Below, piece after piece: positions 48,329-60,579 of a stretch of 64,000 bases of DNA. The notes beneath the pieces were generated by a model that worked only from the letters and a program-made list of their open reading frames with translations, made no database searches and was not told where the DNA came from. The DNA lies in NCBI GenBank assembly GCA_030390025.1, contig JASTWF010000368.1:372001-436000 (forward strand). The letters are read 5' to 3'. Origin of the DNA: Squalus acanthias (taxonomy: Eukaryota). A program made the translations under genes and the position numbers. Positions within the stretch are counted from its first letter, which is position 1. Every line of letters starts with the position of its first letter.

Positions 48329-48955
48329 ATATAGAATAACAGATACCCGGGAGTGAGTTACAGGCTGGAATATAATCGAGGGATTCAGGTAGTTTATATA
48401 TAGAATAACAGATACCCGGGAGTGAGTTACAGACTGGAATCTAATCCAGGGGTTCAGGGGGTTTATATATAGAATAACAGATACCCAGGAGTGAGTTACA
48501 GGCTGGAAACTAATCGAGGGGTTCGGGGGGTTTATATATAGAATATCAGATACCCAGGAGTGAGTTACAGGCTGGAATCTAATCGAGGGGTTCGGGGGGG
48601 GTTTATATATAGAATAACAGATACCCGGGAGTGAGTTACAGGCTGGAATCTAATCGAGGGGTTCGGGAGGTTTATATATAGAATATCAGATACCCAGGAT
48701 TGAGTTACAGGCTGGAATCTAATCGAGGGGTTCGGGAGGTTTATATATAGAATATCAGATACCCAGGAGTGAGTTACAGGCTGGAATATAATCGAGTGGT
48801 TCGGGGGTTTTTATATATAGAATAACAGATACCCGGGTGTGAGTTACAGGCTGGAATCTAATCGAGGGGTTTGGGGGGTTTATATATATAGAATAACAGA
48901 TGCCCGGGAGTGAGTTACAGGCGGGATCTAATCGAGGGGTTTGGGGGTTTATATA
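48329..48955. repeat. ~69-bp minisatellite (atagaataacagatacccgggagtgagttacaggctggaatctaatcgaggggttcggggggtttatat)n, block 1
   Basis: Starts at 48331, 48400...; ~9 copies. Confidence 0.96.
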
Positions 48956-48959
48956 TCTT

Positions 48960-50867
48960 CAGCTGCTTCATCAAGGACCTTCCCTCCATCATAAGGTCAG
49001 ATGTGGGGATGTTCGCTGATGATTGCACAGTGTTCAGTTCCATTCGCAACTCCTCAGATAATGAAGCAGTCCATGCCCGCATGCAGCAAGACCTGGACAA
49101 CATTTAGGCTTGGGCTGATAAGTGGCAGGTAACATTCGCGCCACACAAGTGCCAGACATTGACTACCTCCAACAAGCGAGAGTCTAACCACTGCCCCTGA
49201 CATTCAACGGCATTACCATCGCCAAATCCCCCACCATCAACATCCTGGGGGGGTCACCATTGACCAAACTTAACTGGTCCAGCCACATAAATACTGTGGC
49301 TACAAGAGAAGGTCAGAGGATGGCTATTTGGCAGATGGAGTATAACGTGGGAAAATGTGAGGTTATCCACTTTGGAAGGAAGAATGAAAAAGCAAATTAT
49401 TATTTAAATGGAGTGAGACTACAAAATGCTGCGGTACAGAGGGATCTGGGGGTCCTCATACATGAATCACAAAAAGTTAGCATGCAGGTACAGCAAGTAA
49501 TTAGGAAGGCAAATGGAGTGTTGGCCTTTATTGCAAGGGGTATGGAGTATAAAAGTAGGGAAGTTTTGATGCAACTTTACAGGGTGCTGGTGAGACCACA
49601 CCTGGAGTAGAATCACAGAATCCCCACAATGCAGATAGAGGCCATTTCGGCCCATCGAGCCTGCACCGACACATATCCCACCCTATCCCTGTAACCCCAC
49701 GTATTTAATTCCCCTAACACTAAGGGTCAATTTATCATAGCCAAATCAACCTAACCCGCACATCTTTGGACTGTGGGAGGAAACCAGAGCACCCGGAGGA
49801 AACCCACGCAGACATGGGGAGAATGTGCAAACTCCACACAGACAGTCACCCGAGGCCGGATTCAAACCCGGGTCCCTGGCGCTGTGAGGCAACAGTGCTA
49901 ACCACTATGCCACTGCGTACAATTTTGGTCTCCATATTTAAGGAGGGATACACTTGCATTGGAGGCAGTTCAGAGAAGGTTCACGAGGTTGATTCCTGGG
50001 ATGAAGGGGTTGACGTATGACGAAAGGTTGAGCAGGTTGGGCCTATACTCATTGGAGTTTAGAAGAATGAGAGGTTGATCTTATTGAAACATATAAGATT
50101 CTGAGGGGGATTGACAGGGTAGATGCTGAGAGGATGTTTTCCCTCGTGGGGGAATCTAGAACTAGGGGGCATAATTTCAGAATAAGGGGTCACCCATTTA
50201 AGATGGAGATGAGGAGGAATTTCTTCTCTCAGAGGGTCGTGAATCTTTGGCATTCTCTACCCCAGAGAGCTGTGGAGGCGGAGTCATTGAACATATTCAA
50301 GGCGGAGATTGACAGATTTTTGAACTACAAGGGAGTCAAGGGTTATGGGGAGAGAGCGGGAAAGTGGTGTTGAGGCCAAGATTGGATCAGCCATGATCTC
50401 ATTGAATGGCGGAGCAGGCTCGAGGGGCTGATTGGCCGACTCCTGCTCCTGTTTCTTATGTTCTTATGTAACAATCCCAGCTTCTCTCGTCTCTCCATGT
50501 AACTGAAGTCCCTCATCCCTGCTACCATTCTAGTAAATCTCCCCTTAACCCTCTCTGCTCTAAGGAGAACAATCCCAGCTTCTCCAGTCTCTCCACGTAA
50601 CTGAAGTCCCTCATCCCTGGTGCCATTCTGGTCAATCTCCCCTTAACCATCCTGACTTGGAAGTATATCGGCCGTTCCTTCATCGTCGCTGGGTCAAAAT
50701 CCTGGAACTCCCTCCCTAACAGCACTGTGGGAGGACCTTCACCACACGGACTGCAGCGGTTCAAGAAGGTGGCTCACCACCCACCACCTTCTCAAGGGCA
50801 ATTAGGGATGGGCAATAAATGCTGGCCTTGCCTGCGACGCCCTCATCAGATGATCAAACAAAAAAAA
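48960..50867. mobile_element. Patchwork of CR1-clade LINE fragments (48960-49320 +, 49325-50470 + split by a SINE, 50470-50645 -, 50646-50867 +)
   Basis: [34 protein letters not shown] peptides; LINE tails. Confidence 0.85.
49610..49916 (-). mobile_element. tRNA-derived V-domain SINE (HE1-like elasmobranch SINE) nested in a CR1 fragment
   Basis: Minus strand A box TGGCATAGTGG, B box GGTTTGAATCC, V domain tgtgtggagtttgcacattctcccc...ggtttcctcccacagtccaaagatgtg, CR1-like tail; splits CR1 gagta|ctgcgtac. Confidence 0.85.
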
Positions 50868-51532
50868 TATAGAATAACAGATACCCGGGAGTGATTTACA
50901 GGCTGGAATCTAATCGGGGGGTTTCTGGGGGTTTATATATAGCATAACAGATACCCGGGAGTGAGTTACAGGCTGGAATCTAATCGAGGGGTTCAGGGGG
51001 TTTATATATAGAATAACAGATACATGGGAGTGAGTTACAGGCTGGAATCTAATCGAGGGGTTCGGGGGGTGTTTATCTATAGAATAACGGATACCCAGGA
51101 GTGAGTTACAGGCTGGAATCTAATCGAGGGGTTCGGGGGGTTTATATATAGAATAACGGATACCCAGGAGTGAGTTACAGGCTGGAATCTAATCGAGGGA
51201 TTCGGGGGTGTTTATATATAGAATAACAGATACCCGGGAGTGAGTTACAGGCTGGAATCTAATCGAGGGGTTCGGGGGGTTTATATAGAGAATAACAGAT
51301 ACCCGGGAGTGAGTTACAGGCTGGAATCTAATCGAGGGATTCGGGGGTGTTTATATATAGAATAACAGATACCCGGGAGTGAGTTACAGGCTGGAATCTA
51401 ATCGAGGGGTTCGGGGGGTTTATATAGAGAATAACAGATACCCGGGAGTGAGTTACAGGCTGGAATCTAATCGAGGGGTTCGGGGGGTTTATATATAGCA
51501 TAACAGATACCCGGGAGTGAGTTACAGGCTGG
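50868..51532. repeat. ~69-bp minisatellite, block 2
   Basis: Same unit as 48329-48955. Confidence 0.96.
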
Positions 51533-52257
51533 GATGCATTCGGAGGGTCCAGGGGGCTGGAGTATTTGGCTGGGATGGTGTAGTGAGCTGTAGTAAGCAG
51601 TATGGTGGTTGATGTTCCGCAGCAGGAGTGAGTGTGTTGCACACTCGCCGATGGAAACCTGTCCCTGGCCTGGATCCAGCTGTCTCCATGGAGACGGGTT
51701 GCCATGGCGATGTAAGTCTCTTATAGTGCAATGCGAAAAGGTGAGAAAAATCCGGATTGAATTCAGAGGTTCGGAAAACCTCCTCTACCTCCCTCCCTCT
51801 CTCGTTCCCTCTCTCGTTCCCTCCCTCTCTCCCCCTCCCCCTCTCCCCCTCTCTGCCTCTCTCCCTCCCTCACACCCACTCTCTCCCCTCTCCCTCTCTC
51901 TCTACCCCTCTCCCTCTCTGCTTCTTTCTCTCATTCCGTCTCTCTCTTCTCTCCCTCCCCCTCTCTCTCATGCCCTTCCTCTCTCTCTACCCTTCTCCCC
52001 CTCTCTTTCCCCCATATCTCTCTCTCTCCCTCTTTCTCTCGTTCCCTCTTTCCCCTCTCTCTCGCCCCCACTCTCTCTCGCCCCCTCTCTGTCCCCCTCT
52101 CTCTCCCTATCCCCCTCTCACCCCTTCTGTCCCTCTTTCTCCCCCCCTCCCTGTCCTTGTCTCTCTCTGTCTTTCTCTCTCTGTCTCTCTCTCCCCCGGT
52201 CTCTCTCTCCCTCCCTCTCTGTGTGTCTCTCTCTGTCTCTCCCCCTCTCGCTCTCTC

Positions 52258-52301
<44 letters not shown>

Positions 52302-52570
52302 CCCCTGTCTCTCTCTCTCTCCCTCTCTGTGTGTCTCTCTCTGTCTCTCTCTGTCTCTCTCTCTCTCTCTCCTCTCTGTGTGTCTCTCTCTGTCTCTCTC
52401 TCTCCCCCTCTCTCTCGCTCTCTCCCCCAGTCTCTCCTTCTCTCCCTTTCCCCTCTCTCTCTCTCCACCTATGATTCTGTTTTTCTGTTTCAGACTCCCC
52501 AAGGTGATTGATTGACTCCCTGATTTGACGCTCCTGATCCTGGGGTTTGATCCCATCCCGTCTGTCAAAA

Positions 52571-52648
52571 ATGCTGATCAAAGAATATCGAATCGCCCTC
52601 CCTATGAGCCTGGGGGAGTACCAGGTGGCTCAACTCTACATGATCCAG
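52571..52648 (+). CDS. PITPNM1: PITPNM1 first coding exon (MLIKEYRIALPMSLGEYQVAQLYMIQ)
   Basis: Acceptor at 52493, ATG 52571, CAG|GTGTGT donor, 78 nt. Confidence 0.92.
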
Positions 52649-52947
52649 GTGTGTCCCCACTTTATACCCAGTGTCAGCACCGAGCGCTCCCAGGGCAGTT
52701 ACAGCACGGGTTAGATACAGTGTAGAGCTCCCGCTACATTACCCTGACAGTGTGTCCCCCACTTTATACCCAGTGTCAGCATCGAGCGCTCCCAGGGGCA
52801 GGTACAGCACGAGTTAAATACAGTGTAGAGCTCCCTCTACATTACCCTGACAGTGTGTCCCCCACTTTATACCCAGTGTCAGCATCGAGCGCTCCCAGGG
52901 CAGGTACAGCACGGGTTAGATACTGTGTAGAGCTCCCTCTACATTAC
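52649..52947 (+). repeat. ~102-bp satellite (~3 copies) starting exactly at the splice donor
   Basis: Same unit as 993-1545. Confidence 0.93.
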
Positions 52948-52949
52948 CA

Positions 52950-53120
52950 GTATTTATCCCTTAGCCAATATCACTCAAACTAAGAGACACAAGATCTGGT
53001 CTTTATCACATTGCTGTTTGTGGGAGCTTGCTGTGCGCAAATTGGCTGCCGCGATTCCTACATTACCACAGTGACTATACTTCAAAAAATGTACTTCATT
53101 GGCTGTAAAGCGCTTTTGAA
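52950..53120 (+). mobile_element. Deu-domain SINE 3' fragment
   Basis: tatcacattgctgtttgtgggagcttgctgtgcgcaaattggctgccgcg...gtacttcattggctgtaaagcgcttt; matches 19238-19390. Confidence 0.78.
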
Positions 53121-53214
53121 CTTTACCTTCTTCCTTTGCCTACTTTCTTTCTCTCATTCTTATTTTCTCTCTTTCAGTTTTTATTACTTTCTTTCTTACT
53201 TTCCTCCATTCCTT

Positions 53215-56075
53215 CGCCTGAGTTACGCTGTTGTTTCCCTTTCCCTCCGTTGAGTTACGATGTTGTTTCCCGTTCCCTCCCGTTGAGTTACGATGTTGTT
53301 TCCTGTTCAGTCCCTCCGTTGAGTTACGATGTTGTTTCCCGTTCCCTCCCGTTGAGTTACGATGTTGTTTCCTGTTCAGTCCCTCCGTTGAGTTACGATG
53401 TTGTTTCCCTTTCCCTCCGTTGAGTTACGATGTTGTTTCCCATTCACTCCCATTGTGTTACGTTGTTGTTCCTATTCCCTCGCATTGAGTTACGATGTTG
53501 TTTTATATTCCCTCTCTCTGTTGAGTTACGATATTGTTTTCTGTTCCCTCCCGTTGAGTTACGATGTTGTTTCCCATTCCCTCCCGTTGAGTTACGATAT
53601 TGTTTTCTGTTCCCTCCCGTTGAGTTACGATGTTGTTTCCCATTCCCTCCCGTTGAGTTACGATGTTGTTTCCCATTCCCTCCCGTTGAGTTACGATGTT
53701 GTTTCCCATTCCCTCCCGTTGAGTTACGATGTTGTTTCTCTTTCCCTCCCGTTGAGTTACGATGATGTTTCCCATTCCCTCCCGTTGAGTTACGATGTTG
53801 TTTCCCATTCCCTCCCGTTGAGTTACGCTGTTGTTTCCCATTCCCTCCCGTTCAGTTACGATGTTGTTTCTCTTTCCCTCCCGTTGAGTTACGATGTTGT
53901 TTCCCGATCCCTCCAGTTGAGTTACGATGTTGTTTCCCATCCCCTCCCGTTGAGTTACGATGTTGTTTCCCATTCCCTCCCGCTGAGTTACGATGTTGTT
54001 TCCCGTTCCCTCCCGTTGAGTTACGATGTTGTTTCCCGTTCCCTCCCGTTGAGTTACGTTGTTGTTTCCCATTCCCTCCCGTTGTTATGCTGTTGTTTTC
54101 TGTTCCCTCCCGATGAGTTACGATGTTGTTTCCCGTTCCCTCCCGATGAGTTACGATGTTGTTTCCTGTTCCCTCCCGATGAGTTGCGATGTTGTTTCCC
54201 GTTCCCTTCCGTTGAGTTGCGATGTTGTTTCCCGTTCTCTCCGGTTGAGTTACGACGTTGTTTCCCATTCACTCCCGTTGAGTTACGATGTTGTTTCCCG
54301 TCCCCTCCCGTTGAGTTACGTTGTTGTTTCCCGTCCCCTCCCGTTGAGTTACGTTGTTGTTTCCCGTTCCCTCCCGTTGTGTTACGATGTTGTTTCCTGT
54401 TCCCTCCCGATGAGTTGCGATGTTGTTTCCCGTTCCCTTCCGTTGAGTTGCGATGTTGTTTCCCGTTCTCTCCGGTTGAGTTACGACGTTGTTTCCCATT
54501 CTCTCTCTGTTGAGTTATGATGTTGTTTCCCATTCACTCCCGTTGAGTTACGTTGTTGTTTCCCGTTCCCTCCCGTTGTGTTACGATGTTGTTTCCCGTT
54601 CTCTCCCATTAAGTTACGATGTTGTTTCCCGTTCTCTCCCATCGAGTTACGATGTTGTTTCCCGTTCTCTCCCATTGAGTTATGCTGTTTTCCCCCATTC
54701 CTTCCCATTGAGTTACGATGTTGTTTCCCGTTCCCTCCCGTTGAGTTACGATGTTGTTTCCCATTTCCTCCCGTTGAGTTACGATGTTGTTTCCCGTCCC
54801 CTCCCGTTGAGTTACGTTGTTGTTTCCCGTTCCCTCCCGTTGAGTTACGTTGTTGTTTCCCGTTCCCTCCCGTTGTGTTACGATGTTGTTTCCCGTTCTC
54901 TCCCATTGAGTTACGATGTTGTTTCCCGTTCTCTCCCATTGAGTTACGATGTTGTTTCCCCCATTCCTTCCCATTGAGTTACGATGTTGTTTCCCGTTCC
55001 CTCCCGTTGAGTTACGATGTTGTTTCCCATTTCCTCCCGTTGAGTTACGATGTTATTTCCCATTCACTCCCATTGTGTTACGCTGTTGTTTTCTGTTCCC
55101 TCCCGTTGAGTTACGATGTTGTTTCCCATTCACTCCCGTTGAGTTATGTTGTTGTTTCCAGTTCCCTCCCATTGAGTTACGATGTTGTTTCCTGTTCTCT
55201 CCCATTGAGTTACGATGTTGTTTCACGTCCCCTCCCGTTGAGTTACGATGTTGTTTCCCGTTCCCTCCCATTGAGTTACGATGTTGTTTCACGTCCTCTT
55301 TCCGTTGAGTTACGTTGTTGTTTCCCGTTCCCTCCCGTTGTGTTACGCTGTTGTTTCCCATTCACTCCCGTTGTGTTACGCTGTTGTTTCCCGTTCCCTC
55401 CCGTTGAGTTACGATGTTGTTTCCCATTTCCTCCCGTTGAGTTACGATGTTATTTCCCATTTCCTCCCGTTGTGTTACGCTGTTGTTTTCTGTTCCCTTC
55501 CGTTGAGTTGCGATGTTGTTTCCCATTCTCCCGCTGAGTTACGATGTTGTTTCACGTCCCCTCCCGTTGAGTTACGATGTTGTTTCCCGTTCCCTCCCAT
55601 TGAGTTACGATGTTGTTTCACGTCCTCTTTCCATTGAGTTGCGATGTTGTTTCCCGTTCTCTCCCGTTGAGTTACGATGTTTTCCATTCTCTCCTGCTGA
55701 GTTACAATGTTGTTTCCCATCCCCTCCCGTTGAGTTGCGCTGTTGTTTCCAGTTCCCTCCCGTTGAGTTGCGATGTTGTTTACTGTTCCCTCCCGTTGAA
55801 TTACGATGTTGTTTCACGTCCCCTCCCATTGAGTTACGATGTTGTTCCCCGTTCTCTCCCATTGAGTTACGATGTTGTTTCTCTTTCCCACCTGTTGAGT
55901 TACGATGTTGTTTCTCTTTCCCTCCCGTTACGATGTTGTTTCCCGTTCCCTCCCATTGAGTTACGATATTGTTTCCCATTCCCGCTCTCCATTGAGTTAC
56001 GATGTTTCTCGCTCCCTCTCTCCGTTTGAGATAGGTTGTTGTTCCCTCTCTCGGTTGACTTACGTTGTTGTTCCC
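53215..56075. repeat. 33-bp minisatellite (gttgagttacgatgttgtttcccgttccctccc)n
   Basis: ~85 copies, ending just before the exon 56093 acceptor. Confidence 0.97.
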
Positions 56076-56092
56076 TCTCTCTCTCTCTGTAG

Positions 56093-56307
56093 AAGAAGAG
56101 TCGGGAGGAGAGCAGTGGTGAAGGTAGCGGGGTGGAGATTCTGGAGAACCGCCCGTACTCCGATGGCCCTGGGGGCTGCGGGCAGTTTACGCACAAGGTT
56201 TACCACGTGGGATCGCACATTCCCAGCTGGTTCCGAGCCCTGCTCCCCAAGGCTGCACTGCAGGTGGAGGAGGAATCGTGGAATGCCTACCCTTACACAC
56301 GGACCAG
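56093..56307 (+). CDS. PITPNM1: PITPNM1 coding exon 2 (KKSREESSGEGSGVEILENRPY...WNAYPYTRTR)
   Basis: TAG acceptor, AG|GTGAG donor, 215 nt. Confidence 0.95.
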
Positions 56308-56524
56308 GTGAGGGAGAGAGGGGCGGGGTCAGTGGAGAGGGGCGGAGTCAGCAGAGAGGGGGAGGGGTCTGCAGGAGAGGGGGAGGGGTCTGCGGAGAGG
56401 GGGAGGGGTCTGCGGAGAGGGGGCGGGGTCAGCAGAGAGGGGGAGGGGTCAGCCGAGAGGAGGTGGGGGGTCACCGGAGAAGGGCGAGGTCAACAGAGGT
56501 GGCGGTGTCAGTGTGGTAGGAGTC

Positions 56525-57612
56525 AATAGGCTAGGCTTGTATTCCCTTGAGTGTAGAAGATTAAGGGGCGATCGAATCGAGGTGTTTTAAGATGATTAAA
56601 GGAGTTGATGGGGTCGATAGGCAGAAACTATTTCCTCTGGTGGGGGGAGTCCAGAACAAGGGGGGCATCGCCTTAAAATTAGAGCCAGGCCGTTCAGGGG
56701 TGATGTCAGGAAGCACTTCTTCACACAAAGGGGAGTGGAAATCTGGAACTCTCTCCCCCAATAAAGCTGTTGAGGCTGGTGGGGGGTCAATTGCAAATTT
56801 CAAAACCGAGATCGATAGATTTTGTTGGGTATTGGTATTAAGGGATATGGAACCAAGGCGGCTAAATGGAGTTAAGATACAGCTGATATAATTGAATGGC
56901 GGACTAGTCTGAAGGGGCTGAATGGCCTCCTCCTGTTCTTGTGTAACAGTCTCGAGGGGCTGAATGGCCTCCTCCTGTTCCTGTGTAACAGGCTCGAGGG
57001 GCTGAATGGCCTCCTCCTGTTCCTGTGTAACTGGCTCAATGGGGCTGAATGGGCCTCCTCCTGTTCCTGTGTAACAGGCTCGAGGGGCTGAATGGCCTCC
57101 TCCTGTTCCTGTGTAACAGTCTCGAGGGGCTGAATGGCCTCCTCCTGTTCCTGTGTAACAGGCTCGATAGGCTGAATGGCCTCCTCCTGTTCCTGTGTAA
57201 CAGGCTCGAGGGGCGGAATGGCCTCCTCCTGTTCCTGTGTAACAGTCTCGAGGGGCTGAATGGCCTCCTCCTGTTCCTGTGTAACAGGCTCGATAGGCTG
57301 AACGGCCTCCTCCTGTTCCCGTGTAACAGGCTCGAGGGGGCTGAATGGCCTGCTCCTGTGTAACAGGCTCGAGGGGCTGAATGGCCTCCTCCTGTTCCTG
57401 TGTAACAGACTCTAGGGGCTGAATGGCCTCCTCCTGTTCCTATGTAACAGGCTCGAGGGGGGCTGAATGGCCTCCTCCTGTTCCTGTGTAACAGGCTCGA
57501 GGGGCTGAATGGCCTCCTCCTGTTCCTGTGTAACAGGCTCGAGGGGCTGAATGGCCTCCTCCTGTTCCTGTGTAACAGGCTCGAGGGGGGCTGAATGGCC
57601 TCCTCTTGTTCC
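56525..57612 (+). mobile_element. CR1 3' fragment whose terminal segment is amplified into a ~42-bp array (56910-57612)
   Basis: CR1 RT-end/UTR sequence, then (aacaggctcgaggggctgaatggcctcctcctgttcctgtgt)n. Confidence 0.88.
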
Positions 57613-57724
57613 TATGAAGCGCTCTGGGATGTCCTGAGATGGTGAAAGGCACTGCAGACATGGGAGTTCTCGCTTTCTTTCTTTCTTTCTTTGACATGAT
57701 CTGCCTCGTTCCTCTCTTCCCCAG

Positions 57725-57846
57725 GTACACGTGTCCCTTTGTAGAGAAGTTCTCCATTGACATCGAAACCTATTACAAACCGGACTGCGGAGATCAATCG
57801 AATGTCTTCAACCTGGTGTCGGCAGAGAAGAGGCAAAGGATTGTGG
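57725..57846 (+). CDS. PITPNM1: PITPNM1 coding exon 3 (YTCPFVEKFSIDIETYY...KRQRIV)
   Basis: CAG acceptor, G|GTAAAT donor, 122 nt. Confidence 0.95.
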
Positions 57847-57914
57847 GTAAATGTCAACTCTTCAACGACCTCTGACCCAAGAGCAGAGTCCAGTGTCGGG
57901 GGGTGGGAGCGGAA

Positions 57915-58830
57915 GTCTCTCCGTCAGGGACCCTGTTTAAAGAGGGAGTCTCTCCGTCAGGGACCCTGTTTAAAGAGGGAGTCTCTCCGACAGGGACCCT
58001 GTTTAAAGAGGGAGTCTCTCCGTCAGGGACCCTGTTTAAAGAGGGAGTCTCTCCGTCAGGGACCCTGTTTAAAGAGGGAGTCTCTCCGTCAGGGACACTG
58101 TTTAAAGAGGGAGTCTCTCTGTCAAGGACCCTGTTTAAAGAGGGAGTCTCTCCGTCAGGGACCCTGTTTAAAGAGGGAGTCTCTCCGTCAGGGACCCTGT
58201 TTAAAGAGGGAGTCTCTCCGTCAGGGACCCTGTTTAAAGAGGGAGTCTCTCTCCGTCAGTGACCCTGTTTAAAGAGGGAGTCTCTCTGTCAGGGACCCTG
58301 TTTAAAGAGGGAGTCTCTCCATGAGGGACCCTGTTTAAAGAGGGAGTCTCTCCATCAGGGACACTGTTTAAAGAGGGAGTCTCTCCATCAGGGACCCTGT
58401 TTAAAGAGGGAGTCTCTCCGTCAAGAACCCTGTTTAAAGAGGGAGTCTCTCTCCATCAGGGACCCTGTTTAAAGAGGGAGTCTCTCTCCGTCAGGGACCC
58501 TGTTTAAAGAGGGAGTCTCTCTCCGTCAGGGACCCCTGTTTAAAGAGGGAGTCACTCTGTCAGGGACCCTGTTTAAAGAGGGAGTCTCTCCGTCAGGGAC
58601 CCTGTTTAATGAGGGAGTCACCCTGTCAGGGACCCTGTTTAAAGAGGGAGTCTCTCCGTCAGGGACCCTGTTTAAAGAGGGAGTCTCTCTGTCAGGGACC
58701 CTGTTTAAAGAGGGAGTCACTCCGTCAGGGACCCTGTTTAAAGAGGGAGTCACTCCTGTCAGGGACCCTGTTTAAAGAGGGAGACTCTCCATCAGGGACC
58801 CTGTTTAAAGAGGGAGACTCTAGGTCAGGG
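57915..58830. repeat. 33-bp minisatellite (agggagtctctccgtcagggaccctgtttaaag)n
   Basis: ~27 copies. Confidence 0.97.
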
Positions 58831-58947
58831 GCCCTGGGAGGGGGGCGGTAGAGAGGGGGATTAAACTGTTCGGGGTTCAGTCTGGAAGGAGGGGGTTTGT
58901 ACAGAATCCACAGGTGCTGATAGCTCTCCCTCTCACGGTTTCTCCAG

Positions 58948-59181
58948 ACATGATCGATATCGTGAGGGACCCGATCCCACAGACCGAATACAAACCGGAT
59001 GAGGATCCCAAGGTGTACCGCTCGGTGAAGACCGCTCGGGGTCCCCTGTCGGAGAGCTGGATCGAGGAGCGGAGGGTGCAGGAGGGGCAGGCTCTTGTCA
59101 TGTGTGCCTACAAACTGTGCAAGGTGGAATTCCGATACTGGGGCATGCAGTCGAAGATCGAACAGTTCATCCACGATATCG
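58948..59181 (+). CDS. PITPNM1: PITPNM1 coding exon 4 (DMIDIVRDP...MCAYKLCKVEFRYWGMQSKIEQFIHDI)
   Basis: CAG acceptor, G|GTGAG donor, 234 nt. Confidence 0.95.
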
Positions 59182-59698
59182 GTGAGGCTCCCACCTTCAC
59201 AGCAGCACTCTCTCCTCCCCGCACTCCTTCACACTCTCTCTGTCTCTCCTTCTCTCCTTCACACTCTCTCTCTCTCCCTCTCTCCTTCTCTCTCTCCTTC
59301 ACACTCTCTCTCTGTCTCTCTCTCCTTCTCTCTCTCCTTCACACTCTCTCTCTGTCTCTCCCTCTCTCTCCCCTCTCTCTCCCTCTCTCCCCCTCTCCCC
59401 TCTCTCCCCCTCTCCCCTCTCGCTCCCCCTCTCCCCTCTCTCTCCCCCTCTCCCCTCTCTCTCCCCCTCTCCCCTCTCTCTCCCCCTCTCCCCTCTCTCT
59501 CCCCCTCTCTCCCTCTCCCTCTCCCCCTCTCTCCCTCTCCCCCTCTCTCTCCCCCTCTCCCCTCTCTCTCCCTCTCTCTCTCTCTCTCCCCCTCTCTCCC
59601 TCTCCCCCTCTCCCCCCTCGCCCCCTCTCTCCCCTACTCCTCCTTGGCTCCCCTCTCCCTCCTGTCCTGACGCCTGTGTCTCTCTCTCTGTCCCCCAG

Positions 59699-60007
59699 GG
59701 TTAAGGCGGGTGATGCTGCGGGCCCATCGCCAGGCCTGGTGTTGGCAGGATGAGTGGTGCGACCTCACCATGGGGGATATCCGTGCGCTGGAGGAGGAGA
59801 CGGCTCGGACCCTGGCCCAGAGGATGGGCAAATTCAGCGAGGAGCCGGGGGGAGATCCCGGAGCCCGGGGCGCCGGTCAGAGTCCCGCGGGGACGGAGGG
59901 ACCCAGATCGCTCGGCGATTCCATAGACGGGAAGGAGCTGACCGAGGACGGACTCCCCAAACAATGGTCGCTGTCCTCGCGATCCTCTCACTCCTCACAA
60001 CACGCAG
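59699..60007 (+). CDS. PITPNM1: PITPNM1 coding exon 5 (GLRRVMLRAHRQAWCWQDEW...KQWSLSSRSSHSSQHA)
   Basis: CAG acceptor, G|GTCAG donor, 309 nt. Confidence 0.94.
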
Positions 60008-60458
60008 GTCAGAATCTCGGGGCCCCGCGAACCTCCGCCCCTTGACCCCACGACCCTCGACCCCGCGTGGCCCTTGACCCCGCGACCCTCGACCCCGCGA
60101 CCCTCGACCTCACATCATGCTCGACCCCGCAAGGCCCTTGAGTCCACGACCGTCAATCCTGCCCCACCCTTGACCCCGCGCGGCTCTCGACCCCGCGACC
60201 CTCGACCCCCGACCACCAGGCTCGACCCCGCAAGGCCCTTGAATCCACGACCGTCAATCCTGCCCCACCCTCGACCCCCGCACGTCCCTCGACCCGCCCC
60301 CCGGGATGGTCCCTGAACCCATCCTGCTCTGAGTGTGGGGCTGAGCCAATTCAGTGGGACGTGGTTGGGGTTTGGGGGCTGGTTACTTGGCCGACGCTTG
60401 CCCGGCGCATGTTTTCCCCCTCCGCCAACCTGATCCCTCTGCCATTGTCTGTTCCCAG

Positions 60459-60554
60459 GAGCCGTGACCCAGCAAAGTCTCTCGGAGTGGAGAATGCAGA
60501 ATATCGCTCGAGATTCCGAGAACAGTTCAGAGGACGAGTTCTTCGATGCACATG
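60459..60554 (+). CDS. PITPNM1: PITPNM1 coding exon 6 (GAVTQQSLSEWRMQNIARDSENSSEDEFFDAH), FFAT motif
   Basis: CAG acceptor, G|GTAGG donor, 96 nt; EFFDAxE VAP-binding motif completed by the next exon. Confidence 0.95.
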
Positions 60555-60579
60555 GTAGGTTAACGGTCGCGCGTGCCGT

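Noticed and set aside
49840..49916. tRNA-like A and B boxes
   Set aside because: Head of a V-domain SINE, not a tRNA gene
51540..51745. Possible alternative PITPNM1 5' exon (GTAAGT at ~51710, GTGAGA at ~51741)
   Set aside because: Donor-like words only; no acceptor or promoter support visible
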